From: a virus | Taxonomy: Duplodnaviria > Caudoviricetes | Length of the DNA stretch: 64,000 nt | IMG/VR virus record: IMGVR_UViG_3300046131_000022 | Span: 1-64,000 of that record | Reading direction: 5' to 3' (one strand) | Shown: positions 37,143 through 45,165 of the stretch, in pieces | Layout: each line of letters opens with the position of its first letter | How positions within the stretch are numbered: the first letter of the stretch is position 1 | The notes under the pieces: generated by a model | Told to the model about the DNA's origin: nothing | Seen by the model: the letters and a program-made list of their open reading frames with translations, nothing else | Database searches by the model: none | Program-made: the position numbers and the translations under genes

Positions 37143-37182
37143 AGCCAAAGTTTAATTATCCCTCAGAAATTGAATTTTGGAC

Positions 37183-37342
37183 TAAGAAAATCACCAATGA
37201 GTAGAAAAGCCCGAATCCCTATATGGTTAAGACTTTCTACAATAGTCTGTGGATACCAGCTTGGTAACAAGTAACGCCTGTTTGGGGACTGCATACAAAC
37301 CAAATCAGCAAGTAAGTGAAAAGCTTACAAGTGATTTTCTTA
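37183..37342 (+). ncRNA. Structured RNA candidate A (~160 nt)
   Basis: 12-bp closing stem TAAGAAAATCAC/GTGATTTTCTTA enclosing at least three hairpins. Confidence 0.45.
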
Positions 37343-37493
37343 TAACTTTGAAACACCTACTGACCGAGTAAAAGTAAAGTCAAATCTTTATTGTTGAATG
37401 GAGGTAGGTGTGGATAAGAAAGTTTATTTAGGGAAGCAAACAAAGTGGCGCAAACCACACAACATTGGTCATGAACAAGTTGTGCAGGGAGCA

Positions 37494-37567
37494 AAATGGC
37501 GGTAGCTAAATTGGTTAAAGCAGCCGAGCCATTCGGAAGATTATTGGTTCAAATCCAATCTGCACCG
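37494..37567 (+). pseudogene. Degenerate tRNA-like sequence (CAT in loop)
   Basis: TAGCTAAATTGGTTAAAGC D-arm and ATTGG-TTCAAAT-CCAAT T-arm; acceptor only 4 bp, no U33, no CCA. Confidence 0.6.
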
Positions 37568-37842
37568 TTTGTTTCACCTAAGTAATTTGATTATTTAATA
37601 AATTAATTTAAAAATAATTAATTTAACTGATTCAAGTAGCTTAAATAAACAATCAAAAGTTGTTTATTCAAAGTGAAGAATGACAATAACCTAATAAGTC
37701 GTTAAAAGGTAGTTGGTGACTTAATCACTGTCGCAGAACTGGACCCAAATAAAAGTCTGACTTTTATTTCTGTTGACAAGCTTTGAACCGAGCTTTGATT
37801 GCGTAATACAATCAGAAAGTTTCCTAATCAGTTACTAGGTTC

Positions 37843-37971
37843 AAACATAAGCTTGTAATTTATTGGCAAAATAACTTGGGTAAGACCAAGGGGTACAAAC
37901 GAGTTGCAACTCGCTTGGAGCAGAAAAATCTACAACCATGCCAAGGTTGGTAAATTACAAGACTTATGTTT
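37843..37971 (+). ncRNA. Structured RNA candidate B (~130 nt, pseudoknot)
   Basis: 20-bp closing stem with one bulge; three internal hairpins; TTGGCA pairs with loop TGCCAA. Confidence 0.55.
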
Positions 37972-37973
37972 AT

Positions 37974-38049
37974 TGCTTCATAGCTCAGTTGGTAGAGCAA
38001 CGGACTGTTAATCCGTGGGTCACACGTTCGAACCGTGTTGAAGCAGCCA
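37974..38049 (+). tRNA. tRNA-Asn(GTT)
   Basis: Full cloverleaf, ACGGA-CT-GTT-AA-TCCGT, encoded CCA, 76 nt. Confidence 0.95.
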
Positions 38050-38208
38050 TTTACTTAGAGAAGAAATCTGGAAAGTACGACGGTACGTTAAACAACATAA
38101 ACTAGGACATGAGCGAGGTTCAAACCCTCAACATTTGGTTATGGCGTTCCGAAAACTGCAGATTGTTTGTGTTGAATATTTATTCTCAGATTTCTTCGTC
38201 TAAGTAAA
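38050..38208 (+). ncRNA. Structured RNA candidate C (159-nt rod with T-loop)
   Basis: 21-bp closing stem with one bulge, 10-bp inner stem, GAGG-TTCAAAC-CCTC T-arm; exactly fills the spacer between two tRNAs. Confidence 0.6.
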
Positions 38209-38285
38209 TTTCCTATAGCTCAGTTGGTCAGAGCAGCGGACTCATAATTCGTTGGTCACAGGTTCAAGTCCTGTTGGGGAAACCA
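38209..38285 (+). tRNA. tRNA with CAT anticodon (elongator Met or Ile2)
   Basis: Cloverleaf, GCGGA-CT-CAT-AA-TTCGT, encoded CCA. Confidence 0.9.
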
Positions 38286-38292
38286 CTTAAAA

Positions 38293-38369
38293 GGCTCTGT
38301 AGCTCAGTTGGATAGAGCATCCGCCTTCTAAGCGGATGGTCACAGGTTCAAGTCCTGTCAGGGTCGCCA
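38293..38369 (+). tRNA. tRNA-Arg(TCT)
   Basis: Cloverleaf, TCCGC-CT-TCT-AA-GCGGA, encoded CCA. Confidence 0.95.
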
Positions 38370-38380
38370 TTTTTACTTTT

Positions 38381-38456
38381 GCTCGAATAGCTCAGTTGGT
38401 AGAGCAGTAACCCGATAAGTTATTGGTCACAGGTTCAAGTCCTGTAGGTAGTACCA
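38381..38456 (+). pseudogene. Defective tRNA-Ile(GAT)-like gene
   Basis: Intact D, anticodon and T arms and CCA, but acceptor GCTCGAA/AGGTAGT pairs at only 3 of 7 positions and position 33 is C. Confidence 0.75.
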
Positions 38457-38508
38457 AATTTTAGAAGTCCGTTAATTCGGGCTTATTTTTTAACTGAAGG
38501 AAACCAAA

Positions 38509-38985
38509 ATGAAAGAGAACTCTAATCTAACTGTAGTATTTTCACCAGAAGCTATTGCCAATCAAATAGCCAACCACTTAATACAATTTGAGGAAAATAT
38601 AAAAAAGTTTGGTGTTTCTAAAATATTGGAACCAACGAGAAAATTGTTTGAGCAAAGAACAGCACCCCTATTTGCTGAAACAGTAATTGAGAATATGGAA
38701 GAAAATATGTGGGACCCTGAAAGCCCAGATTCCGAACAAGTGAAAAAGTTACAAAACTCAGCCATTTTCTCAGCCCTGTCAAACAACAACTTAGTGTTAG
38801 CCGAGCACTTAGAAAAGAATGTTTGCTTCATTACTGTTCAACAAGAACTTAAAAAATATTTGGAACAATGTAATTTCAACAAACAAATTTATGGTGAATA
38901 CTTAAATGAGTTGAAAAAAATCATTCAAGAAGTTAAACTGCGATTTAACTTAGTTCAAGATCAAGGCAATTTTTTCTTGAATTAA
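38509..38985 (+). CDS. Hypothetical helical protein inside RNA island
   Basis: 158 aa, AAGGA SD. Confidence 0.7.
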   Translation: MKENSNLTVVFSPEAIANQIANHLIQFEENIKKFGVSKILEPTRKLFEQRTAPLFAETVIENMEENMWDPESPDSEQVKKLQNSAIFSALSNNNLVLAEHLEKNVCFITVQQELKKYLEQCNFNKQIYGEYLNELKKIIQEVKLRFNLVQDQGNFFLN

Positions 38986-38992
38986 TTGTGAG

Positions 38993-39117
38993 TCACATAT
39001 CTCAAATCCTGTTGTGTTCTACTCCTTAGCTCAAAAGTGAACACATGGTTATTAAGACATTTGAGCAGGGCTTGTTTATTAGTTTGAGAGTGCTTTTAAA
39101 CAAAGAATAATATGTGA
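38993..39117 (+). ncRNA. Structured RNA candidate D (~125 nt, H-type pseudoknot)
   Basis: Closing TCACATAT/ATATGTGA; stem TGTGTTC/GAACACA whose loop GCTCAAA pairs with TTTGAGC. Confidence 0.5.
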
Positions 39118-39258
39118 GTTGTGGAATAAGTCGGACTTGAGCAAGTGTTATTGAATTATCTCTGACTAATTTAATAACAAACTTATTTCAGTAGTTTTAA
39201 AATTGCAGTTTTAAAAGCTACCAAGAGGGTCTATCCTTGCAATAAGAATATAGACATA

Positions 39259-39335
39259 AATCCATCGTTGCCTAGATGGATTTTTTAGTTTAAGCTGAAC
39301 CAAAAGTGGACAATGTTAAAACATTGTCCTTTTTG
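39259..39335 (+). terminator. Two terminator-like hairpins closing the RNA island
   Basis: AAATCCATC...GATGGATTT+T run; GGACAATGTT...AACATTGTCC+T run. Confidence 0.7.
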
Positions 39336-39370
39336 TTTACCTAAACACATGGAAAAGAGGAAACTAAATT

Positions 39371-41953
39371 ATGGGTTTTTCTTACACTAACCCGATACAA
39401 AACATTCTCGTTGACAGATCTAACATTGATGAATGGGATTCTTTTTTTGTTGAGCAGTTTAAAATCAATCAAAACTTCTGTGGTTATGATATTGAAACAA
39501 GCCAACGTGACGCTCATGAAGGGATTAAGAAACTCTTAAAAATTGACAACGACGGTTTCAGCCATGGTAAAAAATTAATTTTCGATTTTAAAAGAAGCAA
39601 AATCACAGGGGCTTCTTTTTACTTTGGGCATCAAGCAGGTGACAAAGCTTTTTATGTTAACTTCGGACATGCCGATGAGGAAAACACCATCAGCACATCC
39701 TACCTTTGGAAATGGATGGATTTAGCGAAACAGAATAATGTGAATTTAATTATTCACAATAGACAGTACGAGCATTCGGTTCATTTAGGCTCTTATGGTT
39801 ACACGCTGCCAAACGCTTTTTGCTCAATGCAATTGGCTGTTACAGCATATAACCCAGATGAGTATAAAAAATCACACTTAATTAATGCTGTACTGCAAGG
39901 TGTTCGACCACTTATTCCAGAAATTGAACGATTATTTACCAACGTTGAAAAAGGTTCTTTAACCTTTAAACAAGACGAACTATTAGGTAAATTTTGTGCA
40001 AAGTCTGGGACAGCGACTCATTCTTATGAAGGTATTGTTAAATCAATCTCTTATGGTTACGGTTTGAAAAAAGCAACCAAATCTTGGTTTGGTCATCAAA
40101 TGCTTGAGTTCAAAGACACATTAGGTGATGAACCAGATATGGAAGCCCTTACAGGGGCACAAGTTCTTGCCTACGGTGCTGACGATGCTGTTTGGGCTTA
40201 CAGATTGTTTTTTAGATTATACAGCCACCTTCAATCAGTGAACCCAAAAGCACTACAAACCTACTTAGCTGTTGAAAACCCAATCACAAAGATCTTTTCT
40301 GAAACAACTGTAGGTGGGATGAAGGTAAATAAACCCGAAATCCTGAAGCGACAAACAACCATGCGAGGAACCGTCGCTGAGAACTTGATTGAATTTAAAA
40401 AAGAGCTGCGTAAGATTTTTCCGTCTGAACTGCCACCGATGCACGAAAAACTGTTGAAATACGAAAAATGGTATAAAGAAGCATCCCATTTGAAATATTT
40501 TAACCAAGTAAAAAATTGGTTAGAAACACCCGATGATTTGAGTGAGTATCAAACATGTATTCAAGTGAAAAACTCAACAGGTAATGCATGGTATCAGGAA
40601 AATACAGGGTCAACCAAACATCCACCAATGGCTCAATTATCCATAAACCATTACATGGCTATGCGATTCATTTTATTTGTGATTTGCGATTTACCATGTA
40701 AAGCTAACGGAGGGAAGATCCAGTCGGATAAAGATGCCAGAGCTGAAATGCTTTCTGAAATCCCCGAAGATCATAAAGGTCGAAGAATTGTGGAGCTATA
40801 TGCCAAATTAGGTTCTGCAGAACAAGCCTTTAAACTATATATTACACCTTATTTATTTTTGGTTGACCCCGAATCTGGTTTGATGCACCCAATCATGACA
40901 AGTATGTTGGCAACCCGAAGAACAAGTTGTTCCAACCCCAACGGACAACAACTTGCCAAACGTGGTGAATCTGTCTTCGTCCGTGGCTTTTTCCAAGCCG
41001 ATGACCCCGACAGTTTAATTGTCTCAGCCGATTGGTCTGCTATTGAACTTGTAGCGATTGCTGCAAACAGTCAAGATCCAGAGTTTTTGGAAGCTTATAA
41101 ACAACGACCACATGCTGATTTACATAGTAAGGCTGCAGCAGGTGTTATGGGTTTATCAGTGGAAGATTTCTCCCAACTGGAAGATAAGAAAACACACCGT
41201 ACCGTTCTAGGTAAAGGTGCTAACTTTGAATACTGGTACTCAGGTTGGTTAATGAACACAGCTAAACGAATGGGTTGGTCAATGGAACAAACTGCAGAAG
41301 CGGTAAAAGGCTACGCCAACACATTTAAAGTTGCTGAACAGTGGCGACAAAATGTTATTAATGAGATTCAACAACGAGGGGTTATTCAACTCCCAGATGG
41401 TTTGACTCGTGTTCGTTTTGAAGCGACAGAAGAATGGTCTGAAATGATGTGGGAAGCTTTTTCAAGCTTTGGCTCAGATGCAGTGTTGAATTTTGCAAGA
41501 GAAGCTATGCGGAGGATTCAGCGAAGATCCTTCAACCAAGCGGTGAATTTCGCCATTCAGGGTCTTTGTGCAGGTTTGGCAAAGAGAACTATTTTGAGAA
41601 CGGTAGAAGAATCTAAAAAAGCTGAATTTAAAGCTCGTTTTATGTTGCTTATTCACGACGAGTTATTATTCTCTGTACCTAGAAAGGAAGTCGCTGCTTT
41701 CTGTGATTTCTTATATGAGCAAATGATTCAAGATACTGATTTATTACCAGGTGTGGCTATTGATAGTTCTGTTGCTATCGGCTATACCTTCCAACCTTTT
41801 GATAAAGACTCAGCCCCTTATGGTCAAATTGAGTTGATGGAAATCCAAAAAGGGGTTCCTTGTGTACCTAAAGAAGCTTGGGAGACTAAGGCTACACCAG
41901 TATTGCGAGATAATATTATCAATTATCTAACAATTTGTAGAATGGCTGCTTAA
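39371..41953 (+). CDS. polA: DNA polymerase family A with 3'-5' exonuclease
   Basis: ExoI YDIETS, ExoIII YGADDA, motif A ADWSAIEL, motif B R...K.ANF, motif C IHDELL. Confidence 0.93.
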   Translation: MGFSYTNPIQNILVDRSNIDEWDSFFVEQFKINQNFCGYDIETSQRDAHEGIKKLLKIDNDGFSHGKKLIFDFKRSKITGASFYFGHQAGDKAFYVNFGHADEENTISTSYLWKWMDLAKQNNVNLIIHNRQYEHSVHLGSYGYTLPNAFCSMQLAVTAYNPDEYKKSHLINAVLQGVRPLIPEIERLFTNVEKGSLTFKQDELLGKFCAKSGTATHSYEGIVKSISYGYGLKKATKSWFGHQMLEFKDTLGDEPDMEALTGAQVLAYGADDAVWAYRLFFRLYSHLQSVNPKALQTYLAVENPITKIFSETTVGGMKVNKPEILKRQTTMRGTVAENLIEFKKELRKIFPSELPPMHEKLLKYEKWYKEASHLKYFNQVKNWLETPDDLSEYQTCIQVKNSTGNAWYQENTGSTKHPPMAQLSINHYMAMRFILFVICDLPCKANGGKIQSDKDARAEMLSEIPEDHKGRRIVELYAKLGSAEQAFKLYITPYLFLVDPESGLMHPIMTSMLATRRTSCSNPNGQQLAKRGESVFVRGFFQADDPDSLIVSADWSAIELVAIAANSQDPEFLEAYKQRPHADLHSKAAAGVMGLSVEDFSQLEDKKTHRTVLGKGANFEYWYSGWLMNTAKRMGWSMEQTAEAVKGYANTFKVAEQWRQNVINEIQQRGVIQLPDGLTRVRFEATEEWSEMMWEAFSSFGSDAVLNFAREAMRRIQRRSFNQAVNFAIQGLCAGLAKRTILRTVEESKKAEFKARFMLLIHDELLFSVPRKEVAAFCDFLYEQMIQDTDLLPGVAIDSSVAIGYTFQPFDKDSAPYGQIELMEIQKGVPCVPKEAWETKATPVLRDNIINYLTICRMAA

Positions 41954-41958
41954 TAAAC

Positions 41959-41987
41959 TTGTCAAATTCTATAGGTTGTGTTAATTT
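41959..41987 (+). promoter_or_regulatory. Sigma70-like promoter
   Basis: TTGTCA, 17 nt, TAATTT with TG extension; followed by hairpin 42005-42026 and T run. Confidence 0.6.
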
Positions 41988-42058
41988 TATTTCAGCCCTT
42001 AAAACCCACGTTTAAATTAACGTGGGATTTTTTATAGTTAAATTTTATTAGGTGTTTT

Positions 42059-42274
42059 ATGTCTGAACGTGAAGATGAGCTTGAACAGCAAGCGATAGAG
42101 ATTAATTTTCAACAAGCAATGAATAATGTAAAAAAACAAAATTTACGTTTACAATCAAATGGGTTTTGCCACAATTGCGAAGAAAATGTTGATGCAGGTC
42201 AAGTTTTTTGCGACATAGATTGTCGTGACGATTACGAAAAACGTAAAAAAGCAGAATCACAAAGACTCTATTGA
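42059..42274 (+). CDS. TraR/DksA C4 zinc-finger protein
   Basis: GFCHNCEE...FCDIDCRDDYE after an N-terminal helix. Confidence 0.8.
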   Translation: MSEREDELEQQAIEINFQQAMNNVKKQNLRLQSNGFCHNCEENVDAGQVFCDIDCRDDYEKRKKAESQRLY

Positions 42275-42283
42275 GGAACCAAA

Positions 42284-42742
42284 ATGGCTTCGGGAAAGGC
42301 AACCGAATTAAAAACCTGCCAGATGTTGAGGGAATACTATAAAACAGCAGCTTCAATTCAGCGACTACCTGATAAATTTGACACAGGTAAATTTGAAGAT
42401 GTTAGACCAAGTGATTTTTTGATTGTTTTAAACAGAACTTCAGTCAAAGTAGGTGAAGCAACTACTTATTTTGTTGAGTGTAAAGAGTCAGAAAAACCCA
42501 AGACAAGCTACTCTATCTCTGGAACTTTTCGTAAAGGTCAAGTTCAAGGCATGATTAGAGCTGTGCAGTTGAAAATACCTTATTTTGTTGTGTTTAATAT
42601 TTTAAGCACACAAGAAATTTTCTTAGTTCCAAGTATTGAAATTTTAAAGTGTTTGAACGAAGGAAAAAAGTCGATCTCGATGGAGATCATTAAAAACCAC
42701 ACATGGCTACAAGGAAATCTTTATGACTACTATCTCAAATGA
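42284..42742 (+). CDS. Holliday junction resolvase, PD-(D/E)xK (RecU-like)
   Basis: RPSDFLI...FVECKES, PYFVVF. Confidence 0.75.
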   Translation: MASGKATELKTCQMLREYYKTAASIQRLPDKFDTGKFEDVRPSDFLIVLNRTSVKVGEATTYFVECKESEKPKTSYSISGTFRKGQVQGMIRAVQLKIPYFVVFNILSTQEIFLVPSIEILKCLNEGKKSISMEIIKNHTWLQGNLYDYYLK

Positions 42743-43433
42743 AAAACAATATCGCCATTTTATGGTTGACTGTGAAACTTTAGGAACACTACCAAACAGA
42801 AATCCTGTTTTACAAATAGCTGTTGTGCATTTCAATCCAGAAAGTTTTGATGCTTTAGAATCTTTTGAATGTTTTCTACCTTTGGCTGAGCAGTTAAAAA
42901 TGCAGCGTATACCAGACCAAGGCACGGTCAATTGGTGGAAAAAGCAAGATCCGAAAGTGTCAGAAGTAATTTTCGGTGGTGTAGCAAAAGCTCCACCTTT
43001 GAAAAATCAATTAGAAGAATTATCTAATTGGATTGCAAGCAGTTGTAAACTAGACAATGGTTTTGCAGAATCAGTTTTCTGGGCTAAACCTGCAGCATTC
43101 GACTACCCTTTTATTGATGGATTATTTGTGGAGTCAGGCATTCCAAGTCCTTTTCACTTCCGTAAAGTTGTCGATATACAATCTTATATTATTGGTGCAT
43201 TCAAACAAACGCATTATGTTTTAAACCATTATCAGGCGACACATCATGCTTGTGTAGAATCTTATTGGGCTTGCTTTGAAGAAACTAAGAGAAAGTTGAA
43301 AGGTCGAGATAACGCACATAACGCTGCTGCAGACTGCTTATTTCAACTTGAATGGTTAAAGGAAGCTATTGTGAACTGCACTCAGTATATGAGTGAGGAA
43401 GGTCTTAAAAAGACTTTGAATCGCAAAAATTAA
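42723..43433 (+). CDS. DEDDh 3'-5' exonuclease
   Basis: VDCETLG, FWAKPAAFD, HNAAADC. Confidence 0.85.
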   Translation: MTTISNEKQYRHFMVDCETLGTLPNRNPVLQIAVVHFNPESFDALESFECFLPLAEQLKMQRIPDQGTVNWWKKQDPKVSEVIFGGVAKAPPLKNQLEELSNWIASSCKLDNGFAESVFWAKPAAFDYPFIDGLFVESGIPSPFHFRKVVDIQSYIIGAFKQTHYVLNHYQATHHACVESYWACFEETKRKLKGRDNAHNAAADCLFQLEWLKEAIVNCTQYMSEEGLKKTLNRKN

Positions 43434-43495
43434 TTTAAATAAAATCAACCATTTGTTTTGGAAGTTAACCTAACACAAACTAAGGAAAATAAACC

Positions 43496-43783
43496 ATGCA
43501 AGAAGTTAAACAAACACAACTGAAACCTACAGGTTCACGAGTTCTTGTTAAAATTAAAGACGTTGAATCAGCAACCAAAGGTGGTATCGTTTTAGTTGAA
43601 TCAGCTCAAGACAAACCACAAACAGGGGAAGTTTTAGCTTTAGGTTCAGATCAACACAATTTCGTAGTCCAAGTTGGGGACTTAATCACCTTTGGTCAAT
43701 TTGCAGGTATGAAAATTGAACACCAAGGGGAGGAATTTTTACTTATCAAAGAACAGGATATTTTAGCAATTATTGAAAAATAA
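43496..43783 (+). CDS. groES: Co-chaperonin GroES
   Basis: LKPTGSRVLVK, TKGGIVL mobile loop, VGD...FGQFAG, LIKEQDILAII. Confidence 0.95.
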   Translation: MQEVKQTQLKPTGSRVLVKIKDVESATKGGIVLVESAQDKPQTGEVLALGSDQHNFVVQVGDLITFGQFAGMKIEHQGEEFLLIKEQDILAIIEK

Positions 43784-43787
43784 ATTG

Positions 43788-43879
43788 TTGACGTATTAAT
43801 TCTTGTCCTGTACTTTATTAAATAAGAATTTACCCGACAAGAAAATTCTACGAGTGACTTTAAAAGTCACTCGTTTTTT
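43788..43879 (+). promoter_or_regulatory. Promoter followed within ~60 nt by a strong terminator (short RNA or attenuator)
   Basis: TTGACG, 17 nt, TACTTT; 11-bp stem 43850-43874 plus T run. Confidence 0.55.
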
Positions 43880-43903
43880 ATACCCTAAATTAAGGAAGCA
43901 AAA

Positions 43904-44134
43904 ATGATTAACCAATTAAGCAATCAGCAAATTCGAGAAATTCTTGAAAAAGAGTTACAGAACGACGCTGTAAAAAATGTATTCCAGTTAGCAAACCCAT
44001 ACAATTTTAGCGTAAACCCAGACACAGATAATTATGTGGATATGTATAACGAAATTGTTTTTGATGTTTTCGCTTTAGGACTAAAACATGGTTTAACCTT
44101 AGCCAATGAAGATCACTTAGAGGATTCAAAATAA
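43904..44134 (+). CDS. Hypothetical protein
   Basis: 76 aa, AAGGA SD. Confidence 0.65.
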   Translation: MINQLSNQQIREILEKELQNDAVKNVFQLANPYNFSVNPDTDNYVDMYNEIVFDVFALGLKHGLTLANEDHLEDSK

Positions 44135-45165
44135 TGTTAAAAAGAAATCCAACAGTGGTTATAGGGACTACAGCAATGAAAACTGTGGGTGATGCTCATT
44201 TAGGAAAAGTGTTTAAAAACAATATCTTACTACATCGTAGAGGAGAATTTGAAAAAACCCAAGTTGAAAAACTAAAGGAAGAAATTTCAGATATTACGAT
44301 GTTCGGGATGGAAAATATTAATGAGTATTTACGATGCCAAGTAGGCGATTGGTTCGATAAATCTGTTGTTTCAAATCAAGCTGTATTAACATCATACGAA
44401 ATCCTAAAAACGTATGAAGAAAATGATTCAACACCCTTATTCATCATTTCTGGCAACCATGATGACAGTAAATCTCTTTCTGAACCCACATCATGGGATA
44501 TTTTATCCAAATTTTTTATTGATTCAAACACAATTAAGTTTGTTAAAGATTGGCACGTACATACAACCAATTGTGGAAAACAGATTTTATTTGTTGGATG
44601 GAATATATCTAATGGTGTTGCCTTATCTTTCCTACAAGCAGTGGAAGCAGGGTTTAACAATATCCGAATGGTTGTGTGTCATCTTGATCGTATTAGCTAT
44701 GGTGACGAAACCAATGTAATACCTTACGATTTTTTGAAAGAAAAAGGTGTTGAATGTGTTGTTTCTGGGCATGAACATAAACCTTATTTTTTCAATGAAG
44801 GGAATATGAAAATCATCGGTACTGGATCACTTTTACCTTATAACCATGCCGAGGATCCAGAGGATGAACACTTTATCACCTTCAAAAGTTTAGAAGGTTT
44901 ACTTGATTTTGGTATAGCCAATTTGGTTGATAAACATGTTCGGATCTACACAGATCAAGTTGAGTATATTCCAGAATTAGATTGTTTAAGTTTGCAAGTG
45001 CACAAAATGGAAGCTCTAACTTCTGAAGAAGATTTCAAAGAAGTAATTATAGAATCTTATAATGCTAAAAGTGTTTTTGAAGCTGCAGCAAAAGAAACTG
45101 GTTTAAATATTGAATCCACTAAAATATTGTGGGATGAGATTAGTATTCAAGGATGTGATGAATGA
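44134..45165 (+). CDS. sbcD: SbcD/Mre11-like metallophosphoesterase nuclease
   Basis: GDAHLG, GDWFD, SGNHD, SGHEH; upstream of SMC-like ATPase. Confidence 0.85.
   Translation: MLKRNPTVVIGTTAMKTVGDAHLGKVFKNNILLHRRGEFEKTQVEKLKEEISDITMFGMENINEYLRCQVGDWFDKSVVSNQAVLTSYEILKTYEENDSTPLFIISGNHDDSKSLSEPTSWDILSKFFIDSNTIKFVKDWHVHTTNCGKQILFVGWNISNGVALSFLQAVEAGFNNIRMVVCHLDRISYGDETNVIPYDFLKEKGVECVVSGHEHKPYFFNEGNMKIIGTGSLLPYNHAEDPEDEHFITFKSLEGLLDFGIANLVDKHVRIYTDQVEYIPELDCLSLQVHKMEALTSEEDFKEVIIESYNAKSVFEAAAKETGLNIESTKILWDEISIQGCDE

Noticed and set aside
37430-37490. c-di-GMP-I riboswitch (GCAAAC...GGCGCAAA)
   Set aside because: Only fragments match; no GAAA-capped P2 or receptor-bearing P3, and no downstream ORF
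38049-38120. tRNA-associated theta (HDV-like) ribozyme
   Set aside because: Sequences after the tRNA 3' ends lack the nested G/C-rich pseudoknot; they form long AT-rich stems or short spacers
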